A DNA stretch of 32,000 nucleotides from Nitrosococcus oceani ATCC 19707. GTDB lineage: Bacteria; Pseudomonadota; Gammaproteobacteria; Nitrosococcales; Nitrosococcaceae. Where the stretch lies: assembly GCF_000012805.1 (NCBI RefSeq), contig NC_007484.1, positions 2,670,001-2,702,000 of the forward strand, given 5' to 3'. The notes below the pieces were generated by a model. It had not been told where the DNA came from, searched no databases, and saw only the letters and a list, made by a program, of their open reading frames with translations. Shown piece by piece: positions 21,085-32,000 of the stretch (its first letter is position 1; each line of letters begins with the position of its first letter). The translations under genes and the position numbers were made by a program.

Positions 21085-22463
21085 CGCCCCTCCCCCTCCT
21101 CTCGCAGAGCCTTCAACAATTGCTGCTGAATGTGGCTAAAATTCCCGTTACTCATCAACACGATATGATCACCGCCTTGAACATAGGTGCGTAAATTATC
21201 CACAATAGCCTGAATGTCAAAAAACGCCGATGCCTTATTAGGACCAAGAGCGTGTACTATGGGAATCAAGGACCATTTAATATCGGAGGGTTGGTAAATG
21301 AGTACCCGATCCGCCAACGCTAATGCCGGTGCCAAGCTATCCTTATGGACACCTAGCTTCATGGTATTGGAGCGTGGCTCCAATACGGCAATAATACGAG
21401 CTTTGCCAACCCGTGCCCGTAATCCTGCCAACGTCTTAGAAATAGCGGTTGGGTGGTGCGCAAAATCGTCATAGACGGTAACTCCATTTACCTTACCGCA
21501 TACTTCTAGACGCCGTCGTACCCCTTGGAATCGTTCCAGTGCCTGGCAACCCTGGCCAATAGGCACCCCCGCATGGCGGGCGGCGCCAATAGCCGCCAAG
21601 CCATTCGCCACATTATGGTGGCCAAGCAACGGCCAATGGACCTGACCTTGACAAGAATTCTCATACCAAACTTCGAAGTTACTACCATCATCAGCCACGG
21701 CACGCGCGGCTAAAGCAGAGCCAACCCCTCCAGCTATGCCCATGTTCACAACCGGAGTCCAACATCCCATGCTTAGTACGGTTGCTAAAGCCTTATCCCC
21801 GGATGGAACAAGGATAAGGCCATTATTAGGTACCGTGCGCACCAGATAGTGAAATTGCTGTTGGATAGCCTCTAGGTGGGGAAAAATATCGGCATGATCA
21901 TATTCTAGGTTATTTAGAATAAGAGTGCGGGGGCGATAATGAATAAACTTAGAGCGTTTATCGAAAAATGCCGTATCATATTCATCCGCTTCAACAACAA
22001 AATAGGGACTCCGGCCCAAACGGGCCGAAGCACCAAAATTTTGCGGAACCCCACCAATAAGATACCCTGGTCCATGGCCTGCATATTCCAGTATCCAAGC
22101 CAGAAGGCTGCTGGCCGTCGTTTTGCCATGGGTACCCGCTACCGCTAACACCCACCGCCCCTGTAAAATCTGCTCAGCTAGCCACTGGGGTCCTGAAGTA
22201 TAAGGCAGTCCCTGGGCAAGAACATATTCGACAGCCGGATTACCACGGGAAAGCGCATTACCTATCACCACTAAATCTGGCGGGGGATCTAAAGCCGCCG
22301 CACTATAACCTTCATGAATCCCAATACCGGCTGCCTGTAGTTGCTCGCTCATAGGAGGGTAAACACTGGCGTCCGAGCCACTGACATGAAATCCGCGCTC
22401 TCGGGCTAAAAGTGCCAAGCCGGCCATAAACGTGCCACAAATCCCGAGAATGTGGAGATGCAT
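21081..22463 (-). CDS. mpl: UDP-N-acetylmuramate:L-alanyl-gamma-D-glutamyl-meso-diaminopimelate ligase (Mpl)
   Basis: This is a Mur-ligase family ORF with GTHGKTT and DEYDTAFFDKRSKF. I chose the start at ATG 22463 (MHLHILGICGTFMAGLALLARE...), which matches the Mpl N-terminus. The 49-codon extension in the track ORF overlaps the upstream gene. Confidence 0.92.
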   Translation of the reverse strand: MHLHILGICGTFMAGLALLARERGFHVSGSDASVYPPMSEQLQAAGIGIHEGYSAAALDPPPDLVVIGNALSRGNPAVEYVLAQGLPYTSGPQWLAEQILQGRWVLAVAGTHGKTTASSLLAWILEYAGHGPGYLIGGVPQNFGASARLGRSPYFVVEADEYDTAFFDKRSKFIHYRPRTLILNNLEYDHADIFPHLEAIQQQFHYLVRTVPNNGLILVPSGDKALATVLSMGCWTPVVNMGIAGGVGSALAARAVADDGSNFEVWYENSCQGQVHWPLLGHHNVANGLAAIGAARHAGVPIGQGCQALERFQGVRRRLEVCGKVNGVTVYDDFAHHPTAISKTLAGLRARVGKARIIAVLEPRSNTMKLGVHKDSLAPALALADRVLIYQPSDIKWSLIPIVHALGPNKASAFFDIQAIVDNLRTYVQGGDHIVLMSNGNFSHIQQQLLKALREEGEGR

Positions 22464-22477
22464 TAACGGCGCCCCCC

Positions 22478-22981
22478 TTACATAGGGGGAAAAAGAAAAT
22501 CCATGACTCGAATGGAAACCAGCGCATAAATTACCGCCACCAGTATTCCCACCGTAAAGGAGACCGATAATGCTTGACGCATAATGTGGGCAGTTACCGC
22601 CAAGCTCCAAATCATTAAAACTAGCAGCAATAACGAGACCAACCCCGGTGGGAGCTCAGCCTGCTGCGCCGCATTTAACCATAGCAACAGGGGAAAAGCT
22701 AAAATTCCAAGAATAATTCCAGCGCCCATTAGGGCAATTAAGGTTTGCTGCAAACGGGATTTGTAACCCCGTACTGCCAGCAACCCCCCAGTCATACCGA
22801 TTAATAGAACAGTATCCACGAGGCTGGACAGCAACCCGTTGGCAAATTCCAAATGAAGCATGGAAATCAACCAGCCGATGCCCAGATACACTAACAGAGT
22901 CTGAGTCAGCAAGCCTGACGATGGGGGAGCATCAGCAGGACTAGCACGCAATAAGCACAAGGCTATGAAATACCTCAGCAT
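22478..22981 (-). CDS. Hypothetical integral membrane protein (about 5 predicted TM helices)
   Basis: The 167-aa ORF has five hydrophobic stretches of about 20 aa. It ends 14 nt before the mpl start on the same strand. I recognise no family by eye. Confidence 0.6.
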   Translation of the reverse strand: MLRYFIALCLLRASPADAPPSSGLLTQTLLVYLGIGWLISMLHLEFANGLLSSLVDTVLLIGMTGGLLAVRGYKSRLQQTLIALMGAGIILGILAFPLLLWLNAAQQAELPPGLVSLLLLVLMIWSLAVTAHIMRQALSVSFTVGILVAVIYALVSIRVMDFLFPPM

Positions 22982-23066
22982 CCCGGAGAAATTCTCTCTT
23001 CAAGGAATAAAAAAATATAGGATCTTACTATCTCCCCAGCAGCAATAGGCGAAATCTCATCCTCCT

Positions 23067-24005
23067 TTAAGGCCGCTCATCCAGCTTTTTTCCTTCCTTG
23101 GGAGTAGAAGCCAGATCCGCTTTACTAATTCCTAAGGCCAGAGCCATGGGAGTGGCAACATAAATTGAAGAATAAGTGCCTACCACAATGCCCGCAATAA
23201 GAGCGGTGGAAAAACTATGGATTGTTTCGCCGCCAAATAAAAATAGAGCAAAGAGAACGAGCAAGGTGGTCAAAGAGGTCATTATGGTACGGGATAAAGT
23301 CTGGTTTATAGAGGTATTAATTATTTGCTTTGCTGTCCCCTTCCGTATTTTGCGGAAATTTTCCCGGATCCGATCCGACACCACGATAGTATCGTTAAGG
23401 GAATAACCAATGACCGCAAGAATCGCTGCCAGTACGGTAAGATCAAACTCAAAATGCAGGAGGGAGAACAGACCCAGCACGATAATCACATCGTGTATCA
23501 AGGCAACCACCGAACCAATGGCAAGCCGGTACTCGAAGCGCAAGGCAACATAAATCAAAATGCCAATTAGCGCATAGAGTACCGCGAGTCCTCCCTGCTC
23601 GGTGAGATCTTTCCCCACCTTAGGACCCACGAACTCCACCCGCCGCATGGTGGCCGGATTATCACGGCTTTTCTGCAAGGTGGCCAATATTTCCTCGCTA
23701 ACCTCGGCACTGCTGCGTTCAGCTTCCGGCGCCAAGCGAATCAATACATCCCGCGTGGTGCCAAAATGCTGCACAATGGCACCACCGAACCCTGCTTCTT
23801 CCAAATTCTGGCGCACATCCGATAGTTCTACCGGCTGTTCATAACCCACTTCCAATAAAGTTCCGCCGGTGAAATCAATGCCAAAACTCAGTCCCTGAAA
23901 AATCAGCGAGCTTATAGAAATAAGAAGCAACGCCAGGGAAAATGCAAAGGCAAGGCGGCGCTTGCCCATGAAATCAATACGGAGATTTTTTTTAAGTAGT
24001 TTCAT
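23067..24005 (-). CDS. secF: Protein translocase subunit SecF
   Basis: The 312-aa ORF reads FMGKRRLAFAFSLALLLISI...GIDFTGGT and has the conserved segment SLNDTIVVSDRIRENFRK. It follows secD. Confidence 0.97.
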   Translation of the reverse strand: MKLLKKNLRIDFMGKRRLAFAFSLALLLISISSLIFQGLSFGIDFTGGTLLEVGYEQPVELSDVRQNLEEAGFGGAIVQHFGTTRDVLIRLAPEAERSSAEVSEEILATLQKSRDNPATMRRVEFVGPKVGKDLTEQGGLAVLYALIGILIYVALRFEYRLAIGSVVALIHDVIIVLGLFSLLHFEFDLTVLAAILAVIGYSLNDTIVVSDRIRENFRKIRKGTAKQIINTSINQTLSRTIMTSLTTLLVLFALFLFGGETIHSFSTALIAGIVVGTYSSIYVATPMALALGISKADLASTPKEGKKLDERP

Positions 24006-24014
24006 GTCCGTGCC

Positions 24015-25871
24015 TCAGATAGACAACTTTACTTTACGCCGCCTTCCATAAATCAAATTAATTACGGCCCGGGTCCCCACAATCGCGGTAAACATAGAAG
24101 TCAGAATACCCAAGGATAACGTAACCGCAAACCCCTTGATAGGGCCCGTCCCAAACCCAAACAGGACAACCGCGGTTATTAAGGTAGTGATATTAGCGTC
24201 CACAATAGTGGATAAGGCATTGGCATAACCTGCCTCGATACTCGCCTGAGGGCTGCTGCCATTTCGAAGTTCCTCGCGAATACGCTCAAAAATCAATACG
24301 TTAGCATCGACTGCCATACCTACCGTGAGTACGATACCGGCAATACCCGGCAACGTCAGAGTCGCTTGCAGCATAGAGAGAAGCGAAACCACCAGCACCA
24401 GATTGGCGGCCAGAGCCAAATTGGCAACGAGACCAAAAACCCGGTAATAAAGAGCCATAAACACCAGCACCAAGGCAAAACCTATCAGTACAGACTGAAA
24501 ACCCTTGTCGATATTATCCTGTCCCAAGCTTGGGCCGATGGTCCGTTCCTCAACGATATCAATGGGCGCCGCTAATGCACCTGCCCGCAATAACAAAGCT
24601 AAATTACGGGCTTCCTCAGTAGAATCGAGACCCGTGATCTGGAAACGTTTGCTGAGTTGATCCCGAATGGTGGCCACATTGATCACCTCAGGTACCCGGC
24701 GGCGAACTTTGACTGGCTCCCCCTCCTCCATCCGGATCTCGGACTTGGTCTCTATAAAGACCACCGCCATGGGCTTGCCAATATTCTCTCCCGTTACTTG
24801 ACTGAAATGTCGGGCTCCTTGCCCATCCAGAGAGACAAACACCGCTGGGCTACCGCCTTGCTGCTCAATCCCCGAAGACGCATCTGTAACATGATCACCC
24901 GTCAATATTACCCGCTTCTTTAGCAAGATAGGGGCTCCGCCACGCTCATGATACAAGCGGGAGCCTACTGGCACTCTTCCTTCCACTGCTCGCTGAACGT
25001 CGTGACTTGTATCCACCAGGCGAAATTCCAAGGTTGCCGTTGCCCCTAAAATCTCCTTGGCCCGAGCCGTATCCTGAACACCCGGCAGCTGCACTACAAT
25101 ACGGTTCTCCCCTTGCTGCTGAATAGTGGGTTCCGCCACGCCGAGTTCATTAATCCGATTACGTAAGGTGGTAATATTTTGCTGTAAAGCCAAGCGCTGG
25201 ATCTCCCGTTGTTCCTTTTCGCTTAGCTTAATTTCCAGACGGGGGGCTCGCTCCCCCTCCGCCGGCTCTAACAACAAATCGAAATACTCATCGTGGATGA
25301 GCGTTTCCGCTTGCTCACGTTGTTGTTCATTACGAAATTTAATCTCTACTCCGCCTGCGCCCAATCGCCCAATGCTGAGGTAACGTATTTTATTTTCCCG
25401 CAACAAGGACCGCAGATCTTCCACATAGCGCTCCTCAGCCTGCTGGACCGCGGCTTCCATGTCTACCTCCATCAAAAAATGCACGCCGCCACGGAGGTCC
25501 AAACCCAAGTTCATGGGTAATCCCCCAATAGCTCGCAACCAATCCGGGGTAGCGGGTGACAAGTGCAGGGCAATTGAATAGTCGGAACCCAATTCTGCCC
25601 TAAGAGCATCCTGAGCTTTGAGTTGAGTTTCCAGGCGGCGAAGGCGGACCAAGAGGCGCTGATCTTCCAAGCGAACCGATTGGTAATCCAAACCCTGCTC
25701 CTGGAGCAACCGTTCCACCCGGGCCAAAGTCTCTGGTTTGAGACTCGCACCACGAGTCGCCGAAATCTGCAAAGCTGGGGTATCGCCAAACAAATTGGGC
25801 ACAGCATAAAGGATACCAACAAGCACTACTGCCACTACGAGCAGGTTTTTCCAAAGAGGATAACGGTTCAT
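24015..25871 (-). CDS. secD: Protein translocase subunit SecD
   Basis: The 618-aa ORF begins MNRYPLWKNLLVVAVV..., contains LGLDLRGGVHF, and has the C-terminal segment GIAGIVLTVGMAVDANVLIFERIREE. Confidence 0.97.
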   Translation of the reverse strand: MNRYPLWKNLLVVAVVLVGILYAVPNLFGDTPALQISATRGASLKPETLARVERLLQEQGLDYQSVRLEDQRLLVRLRRLETQLKAQDALRAELGSDYSIALHLSPATPDWLRAIGGLPMNLGLDLRGGVHFLMEVDMEAAVQQAEERYVEDLRSLLRENKIRYLSIGRLGAGGVEIKFRNEQQREQAETLIHDEYFDLLLEPAEGERAPRLEIKLSEKEQREIQRLALQQNITTLRNRINELGVAEPTIQQQGENRIVVQLPGVQDTARAKEILGATATLEFRLVDTSHDVQRAVEGRVPVGSRLYHERGGAPILLKKRVILTGDHVTDASSGIEQQGGSPAVFVSLDGQGARHFSQVTGENIGKPMAVVFIETKSEIRMEEGEPVKVRRRVPEVINVATIRDQLSKRFQITGLDSTEEARNLALLLRAGALAAPIDIVEERTIGPSLGQDNIDKGFQSVLIGFALVLVFMALYYRVFGLVANLALAANLVLVVSLLSMLQATLTLPGIAGIVLTVGMAVDANVLIFERIREELRNGSSPQASIEAGYANALSTIVDANITTLITAVVLFGFGTGPIKGFAVTLSLGILTSMFTAIVGTRAVINLIYGRRRKVKLSI

Positions 25872-25896
25872 CGAAAATAATTAATTTAAGCGTTCG

Positions 25897-26241
25897 CTAG
25901 AGTTTTTCAAGGGTGCCTTTGGGCAATACCGAGGCAATGGATTGGCGCCGGACTTTGATTTCAACGTTCTCGCTGATTTCCATGGTCATGGAACTCTCCG
26001 CCAATTCGGTAATGCGCCCCATAATGCCCCCCTCGATCATGACCTCATCCCCCTTTTGCAGTCCTTCCACCAGCTTACGGTGCTCTTTAGCCCGTTTTTG
26101 CTGGGGTCGAATCAAAAGAAAATAGAATAGAACCAATAAGACCACTAGGAAAATAATGTTAAACATCCCTGCCTGGGGTGATGGCCCCGCTGCCTCTTGA
26201 GCCCAAGCTGATGAGATAAAAAAATCTAGCATATTTGACAC
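25897..26241 (-). CDS. yajC: Preprotein translocase subunit YajC
   Basis: The ORF carries the YajC signature LLIRPQQKRAKEHRKLVEGLQKGDEV and a C-terminal LPKGTLEKL. The start is either the GTG at 26241 or the ATG at 26232 (MLDFFISS..., which aligns best with E. coli MSFFIS). Confidence 0.9.
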   Translation of the reverse strand: MSNMLDFFISSAWAQEAAGPSPQAGMFNIIFLVVLLVLFYFLLIRPQQKRAKEHRKLVEGLQKGDEVMIEGGIMGRITELAESSMTMEISENVEIKVRRQSIASVLPKGTLEKL

Positions 26242-26275
26242 CTAACTTGCCTCCCGAATCAAATTAAACCGTTGA

Positions 26276-27571
<1,296 letters not shown>

Positions 27572-27591
27572 TTAAATCACTGGAGAATATT

Positions 27592-28290
27592 ATGGAAAAG
27601 TCTCGTATTATTATTGCCTTGGATTATCCCAACGAGGAACAAGCACTAAGCCTCGTCCGCCAGCTCGATCCTGCCCAATGCCGGCTAAAGGTAGGCAAAG
27701 AATTATTTACCCGGGCCGGGCCCTCATTAGTAAAGCGCCTTGCTGCCCAAGGCTTTCCTATCTTTCTCGATTTAAAATTCCATGACATCCCCCATACGGT
27801 TGCCCGCGCCTGTCTTGCCGCTGCCGATTTGGGGGTATGGATGCTCAATATCCATGCCCTAGGCGGGTTATCCATGATGAAGGCTGCCCAGGAGGCACTG
27901 GCTAATCACCCCTCCCACCCCCAACTAATCGCTGTCACCGTCTTAACCAGCATGGATCAGGCGGCCTTGAGCCAAATAGGATTAGCGGGAACACCTGAAG
28001 ATAATGTACTGCAACTAGCCCTGCTCACCCAGGAAGCGGGCCTCGACGGGATAGTATGCTCCGGCCAAGAAGCCCCGGCGCTCCGACAAACCTTAGGGAA
28101 AGAATTCTTACTAGTTACTCCAGGAATTCGCCCCGCCGGCGCGGCTCCAAAAGATCAACAGCGGGTACTAACACCCAGGGAAGCGCTGGCAAAAGGGGCC
28201 AATTACCTGGTCATTGGCCGACCCATCACCGCAGCCCCTGATCCCATGATGGCCCTGAGAGCAATTGAGGCAGAAATTTCGAATGTCTAA
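27592..28290 (+). CDS. pyrF: Orotidine 5'-phosphate decarboxylase
   Basis: I chose the start at ATG 27592, after a GGAGAA SD, giving [22 protein letters not shown]...[10 protein letters not shown]...[12 protein letters not shown]. The ORF also has a C-terminal [12 protein letters not shown]. The track ORF start at 27454 is an over-extension. Confidence 0.95.
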   Translation: MEKSRIIIALDYPNEEQALSLVRQLDPAQCRLKVGKELFTRAGPSLVKRLAAQGFPIFLDLKFHDIPHTVARACLAAADLGVWMLNIHALGGLSMMKAAQEALANHPSHPQLIAVTVLTSMDQAALSQIGLAGTPEDNVLQLALLTQEAGLDGIVCSGQEAPALRQTLGKEFLLVTPGIRPAGAAPKDQQRVLTPREALAKGANYLVIGRPITAAPDPMMALRAIEAEISNV

Positions 28291-28298
28291 TGTCACCC

Positions 28299-29762
28299 TC
28301 ACGCATAGTAATCCACGCCACCTTGCTGGGCAAAAAGGCGCATACCTCCTGCTGAATCCTCCGAAGCAGCGGTTTCGGGGGATTCTTCAGTTAAAGTCGC
28401 CTGCAAGTTTTTAGACTGAGCCGCTTGCCTCTGCTGTCCAGAAAATCCTTGCTGAGAGACGTCCACATTGACTAAATTCAGCCCTTGCTCCGCAAAGGAT
28501 TCCCGTAAGCGGGGAAGGGCTGCTTCCAAGGCTTCACGAACTGCCGCTTGGGGCGCATGGAAAGTGATACTTGCTTCATCATGGTGCATATTAATACGTG
28601 CCTCCAGGGGACCAAGGTGGGAGGGGGTGAGCCGCAGTTCCGCAAATTGCAGCTTATCTTTGACCAGCCAAGTCATCCGCTCGCCAAGTTCTTCTCCCCA
28701 TCCTGACTCCTGGATCGCGGATTCCAGGGTCAGCCCCATTGGATTGTCCCTACTAGCAGAGAGATTGGAAATCGCAGCCTCAGTAAAGCCGGAGTTCAAT
28801 GGAGCCGGAGATACTGCTAACGACGGCCTGTCCCGTAATGGCGCGGGCGCCATCAGCACCTGAGAATCCCCTTGAGCCGGGGCTTCCATCGCCACTGTCA
28901 CCGGCAGACCTCCCCTAAGATTAGTACTCGAATCACGATGGCCCAGAAACAGCTGGGAATCCATTTCCGCTGTGGATACATCTAAGCCAGAACTAAGCTT
29001 GAAATCCTCCCCTATTGGGAGGGAGTTTTCTGTTCCCGATTCCTTCCCATGTAATGGCGCCGGTAAAGCCCCCTCCTTGCTGCCATCCAAACCAAGCTGG
29101 CTAAGAGGCACTGGCAGCCCCGCGCCTCCCACAGGGGTTTTCAAAGTTGGTCCCAAAACAGCACCTGTTAGAGCAGGTACCTCTGGCGTGTTAGTAGCTT
29201 TTTGATTTATCAAATTTTGCGGCTGACCAGATAATACTAGATTAACAGCTGAGTTTACTGGCTTGCTTGAATCAGGGGAAATACCGCTAGGAGCTCCATC
29301 AATATCCCTTGTAATCAACAGTGAGCTTTGTGCCGCGGATTGAGAACCAGAGACTATGATTTCGGGTAAATCCGCACTTCCAGGACTGCTTTGAAAAGCC
29401 TCCGCCATCGGCGGAAAATGACTAAAACCGGCTGCCATTGAGACCGTCGATGCTAGTAATGATAGACCAAACCCTGGAGAGTCCTGCTCCCCTGCTTCTT
29501 GTTCTAGGCCCAATAATTCCTGAGAAAGGTTTATTTCACCTCCTGCATCTGCTTTTTTCCCCTCCAATCCCGCAGAAGATGGCTGCTTCTCCGGTAACCA
29601 GCTAAGTTCGGAAGCCACTTCCTCAAGCTGGGCAGGAAAATTGACGCTCACCGCTGCTTCTGACTCGCCAGAAAGGGAATCTCCAGAATTCACCCCAAGC
29701 TTTCCCACCGAAGCGGATGAGGAAGAAGCAAGTGGCGTGACCCAAAAATCCGGCGTTGTCAT
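28299..29762 (-). CDS. fliK: Flagellar hook-length control protein FliK
   Basis: The 487-aa ORF has a Ser/Gly/Pro/Leu-rich low-complexity N-terminal and central region. Its C-terminal domain is FliK-like: FAELRLTPSHLGPLEARINMHHDEASITFHAPQAAVREALEAALPRLRESFAEQGLNLVNVDVSQQ. It lies downstream of fliJ. Confidence 0.85.
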   Translation of the reverse strand: MTTPDFWVTPLASSSSASVGKLGVNSGDSLSGESEAAVSVNFPAQLEEVASELSWLPEKQPSSAGLEGKKADAGGEINLSQELLGLEQEAGEQDSPGFGLSLLASTVSMAAGFSHFPPMAEAFQSSPGSADLPEIIVSGSQSAAQSSLLITRDIDGAPSGISPDSSKPVNSAVNLVLSGQPQNLINQKATNTPEVPALTGAVLGPTLKTPVGGAGLPVPLSQLGLDGSKEGALPAPLHGKESGTENSLPIGEDFKLSSGLDVSTAEMDSQLFLGHRDSSTNLRGGLPVTVAMEAPAQGDSQVLMAPAPLRDRPSLAVSPAPLNSGFTEAAISNLSASRDNPMGLTLESAIQESGWGEELGERMTWLVKDKLQFAELRLTPSHLGPLEARINMHHDEASITFHAPQAAVREALEAALPRLRESFAEQGLNLVNVDVSQQGFSGQQRQAAQSKNLQATLTEESPETAASEDSAGGMRLFAQQGGVDYYA

Positions 29763-29810
29763 TTACCCTTATACTCCACTTATATGCGTACCATGATTGC
29801 CTGCAAACGA

Positions 29811-30263
29811 CTAAAAATTGTCGGTACCCTCCACCCTAAAATTATGCTGATTACGATCATCCATCTCCGCCTGCTCATGATAAGCTGCTAAATTCCGCTC
29901 TTCCCGCTGGTAACGATCCTGAAGCTTCTCCAAAGCCTTCACCTGACTACGTACCGCAAACCACCCCTTGCGCTTCTGCTCCAACAATTGCGAAGACCGT
30001 TCTACCTGCTGCTTTTGTTGGTAAATAGCTTGATCCAGCCGGGCCAAAAAACTTTGCAGCTGCTGTAGCTGCTGGGCGCTGATGCCATTCCGGCCCACGG
30101 ATTGGCAACGCTGCGCATACTCTTCCCGATAGTCACTCATCTCCCCCAGCTGGTGCTGTTGCTGCTGGAACAAATGCTGGGTTTCTCCTAATACTTTAGC
30201 CGCCTGCTGCTCCTGAGTTGCAGCCACGCGCAGCAAGGAATATAAACGGCGGGAACGAGTCAC
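29811..30263 (-). CDS. fliJ: Flagellar export chaperone/stalk protein FliJ
   Basis: The 150-aa ORF is Gln/Glu/Arg-rich and looks like a coiled coil. Its GTG start overlaps the fliI stop (GTGA). It occupies the conserved fliH-fliI-fliJ position. Confidence 0.8.
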   Translation of the reverse strand: MTRSRRLYSLLRVAATQEQQAAKVLGETQHLFQQQQHQLGEMSDYREEYAQRCQSVGRNGISAQQLQQLQSFLARLDQAIYQQKQQVERSSQLLEQKRKGWFAVRSQVKALEKLQDRYQREERNLAAYHEQAEMDDRNQHNFRVEGTDNF

Positions 30264-31744
30264 GAATAGCCTCCACTATTAAATTGCCTGGAAGCCCCCC
30301 CAACATTGATGGCAGGTGCCGCCACTTTTGGTGCTGGCTTTGCCTTTAAAGCCTGCTGAAGCCTTTCCAGGCTCTCTTTCACAGAGAATGATTGGGACAT
30401 ATCTTGCTGCAAAAACGAACGAAATTGAGGCTGCCTATCAACTGCCTCATCAAGTCGGGAATCACTGCCGCGGCTATAGGCGCCCACACTGATAAGATCT
30501 TGGTTTTGGCTATATAGAGAATAAATTTGCTTAAACTGCTGAGCGGCCTGCTGATGCTCTGGTACCGTAATCTGACTCATCACCCGGCTAATCGACGCTT
30601 CAATGTCAATGGCCGGGTAATGGCCCGCTTCCGCTAAGCGCCGGGACAATACAATATGACCATCCAGGATGGCCCGCGCCGAGTCAGCCACGGGATCATT
30701 AGGATCGTCCCCTTCAGTGAGAACCGTATAAAAAGCAGTAATACTGCCGCTGCCCGAGCGTCCATTGCCTGCCCTTTCCAGCAATTGGGGAATTTTGGCA
30801 AATACAGAGGGAGGATAACCGCGAGTTGCTGGCGGCTCGCCAATAGCCAGAGCTAGCTCCCGTTGGGCATGACCAAAACGAGTCAGAGAATCCATCAATA
30901 GCAGCACCTGTTTGCCTTGATCTCGAAAATATTCAGCAATACTAGTCGCCAGCATTGCGCCGTGAATACGCATCAAGGGAGAATGATCCGCCGGGGTTGC
31001 TACCACCACGGAGCGCGCTAGGCCCTCCTTGCCCAGAATATTTTCAATAAATTCCTGGACTTCCCTGCCACGCTCGCCAATCAAACCCACCACGATAACA
31101 TCGGCCTTAGCATAGCGGGTCATCATTCCCAGTAAGACGCTTTTACCCACTCCGCTACCAGCAAATAGTCCCATCCGTTGACCCCGGCCAATAGTCAGCA
31201 AAGCATTGATAGCAGCTACTCCTACATCCATGGGCTCTCTAATAGGCTGCCGCGCCAAGGGATTGATGGGCTGCCCTTCCAACGAAACGCGATGGGTAGC
31301 GCGAAGAGGACCCAAATCATCCAAAGGACGTCCCCCGCCATCCAAAACCCGGCCTAGCAACGCCTCTCCAACCGCCATCCTGCCGCCATGACGAAGGGGA
31401 ATAACAGGGGCATTGGGCACCAGCCCCCGCGGGTCGCCGATAGGCATCAAAAAGAGTCTTTCTCCGGCAAACCCAACCACTTCGGCTTCCACAGGTAACC
31501 TTTCCTGCCTCAGAATATGGCAACGCCCTCCCACTGGCAGTTGACATCCCACTGCCTCCAAGGTCAGCCCCACCATTCGGGTAAGCCGCCCCTCAACCGT
31601 GACCAAAGGTGCTGTATCTCGGGCTAAGCGCTCCCTGCACCCAGCCAGGGCGTGCTGCCAGCGCCCTCCCAGTAAAGGAGGTTTGGAAACGATTTCAACC
31701 ACTCCCTTGATCGTCTCTCCGTTCGCCACCAAGCACTTTTGCAA
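30260..31744 (-). CDS. fliI: Flagellum-specific ATP synthase FliI
   Basis: The ORF has Walker [18 protein letters not shown] and Walker B-like [12 protein letters not shown], plus the segment [36 protein letters not shown]. The start is uncertain. The longest ORF begins at TTG 31744, inside fliH. GTG 31729 or GTG 31702 would give a length closer to the usual 450-460 aa. Confidence 0.93.
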   Translation of the reverse strand: MQKCLVANGETIKGVVEIVSKPPLLGGRWQHALAGCRERLARDTAPLVTVEGRLTRMVGLTLEAVGCQLPVGGRCHILRQERLPVEAEVVGFAGERLFLMPIGDPRGLVPNAPVIPLRHGGRMAVGEALLGRVLDGGGRPLDDLGPLRATHRVSLEGQPINPLARQPIREPMDVGVAAINALLTIGRGQRMGLFAGSGVGKSVLLGMMTRYAKADVIVVGLIGERGREVQEFIENILGKEGLARSVVVATPADHSPLMRIHGAMLATSIAEYFRDQGKQVLLLMDSLTRFGHAQRELALAIGEPPATRGYPPSVFAKIPQLLERAGNGRSGSGSITAFYTVLTEGDDPNDPVADSARAILDGHIVLSRRLAEAGHYPAIDIEASISRVMSQITVPEHQQAAQQFKQIYSLYSQNQDLISVGAYSRGSDSRLDEAVDRQPQFRSFLQQDMSQSFSVKESLERLQQALKAKPAPKVAAPAINVGGASRQFNSGGYS

Positions 31745-32000
31745 TGGCAGCGTTTAATCGGGTCTCAACCTTGGCATCTATTCTTGAATGCTCAGTCTCA
31801 AGCAGGCATCCTCCCCGAGAGAGAGAGGGATCTTCCACCACTTGCCATCGCCGTTCTTCCTCAGAAAGGGATAAGGCGGAACGAACAATTCCTACATCAT
31901 CAGGATGCAGCAGCAACCGTACATAACGTGCCTGGGACGGAAGATAGCTCAAACCTTCCCGTACTGCCGCCACCACCTCGCTGGGTTGAGTTTTGAGTTC
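31695..32000 (-). CDS. fliH: Flagellar assembly protein FliH (partial; the N-terminus lies beyond the right window edge)
   Basis: The frame stays open to position 32000 with no stop in the last 8 codons. The C-terminal segment [17 protein letters not shown]...[20 protein letters not shown] is FliH-like. The gene is immediately upstream of fliI. Confidence 0.8.
   Translation of the reverse strand, partial: ELKTQPSEVVAAVREGLSYLPSQARYVRLLLHPDDVGIVRSALSLSEEERRWQVVEDPSLSRGGCLLETEHSRIDAKVETRLNAAIAKVLGGERRDDQGSG

Noticed and set aside
22464-22610. The track ORFs carry N-terminal extensions for mpl (to 22610), tgt (to 27451), pyrF (from 27454), rplJ (to 9242) and the DUF971 gene (from 16726).
   Set aside because: The extensions overlap upstream genes or lack homology. 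Internal starts reproduce the conserved N-termini: [25 protein letters not shown], and SLNLEAKK after an AAGGAGG SD.
23026-23066. A mini-ORF (MRFRLLLLGR) sits right after secF, preceded by AGGAGG.
   Set aside because: The SD-like AGGAGG abuts the ATG with no spacer, the ORF is only 10 codons, and there is no supporting context.
28468-29205. Plus-strand ORFs lie antisense to fliK: 28468-28863 and 28972-29205.
   Set aside because: They are low-complexity shadow ORFs of the Ser/Gly/Pro-rich fliK, with no start signals.

Overview
This window is almost entirely core housekeeping DNA from a roughly 50% GC gammaproteobacterium. The gene order resembles Pseudomonas or Chromatiales, and any closer taxonomic guess would be speculation.

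Features, left to right:
- Minus strand: the classic cluster tRNA-Tyr/Gly/Thr, tuf, tRNA-Trp, secE, nusG, rplK, rplA, rplJ, rplL, rpoB, rpoC. rpoC runs off the left edge.
- Plus strand: galE, hslV, hslU, a DUF971 gene, and ubiE-ubiJ-ubiB.
- Minus strand: ubiX, mpl and a 5-TM membrane protein, followed by the secF, secD, yajC, tgt block.
- Plus strand: pyrF.
- Minus strand: the distal end of a flagellar export operon, fliK, fliJ, fliI, fliH. fliH runs off the right edge.

I found no CRISPR array, mobile element, defence island or toxin-antitoxin pair, and I cannot support a claim of a new multi-gene system here.

The one real anomaly is tuf. Its protein is a canonical EF-Tu, but its synonymous codon choice is overwhelmingly NNG plus ATA (ACG, GCG, CCG, GGG, GAG, 12 ATA). 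The adjacent rpl, rpo, nusG and secE genes are T3-rich and mixed. Arg codon choice also switches inside tuf near position 12180.

Other observations are minor: attenuator hairpins between rplL and rpoB, a 161-nt spacer inside the ubiE-ubiJ-ubiB operon, pyrF and fliK converging with an 8-bp gap, and several over-extended ORF starts that I corrected.
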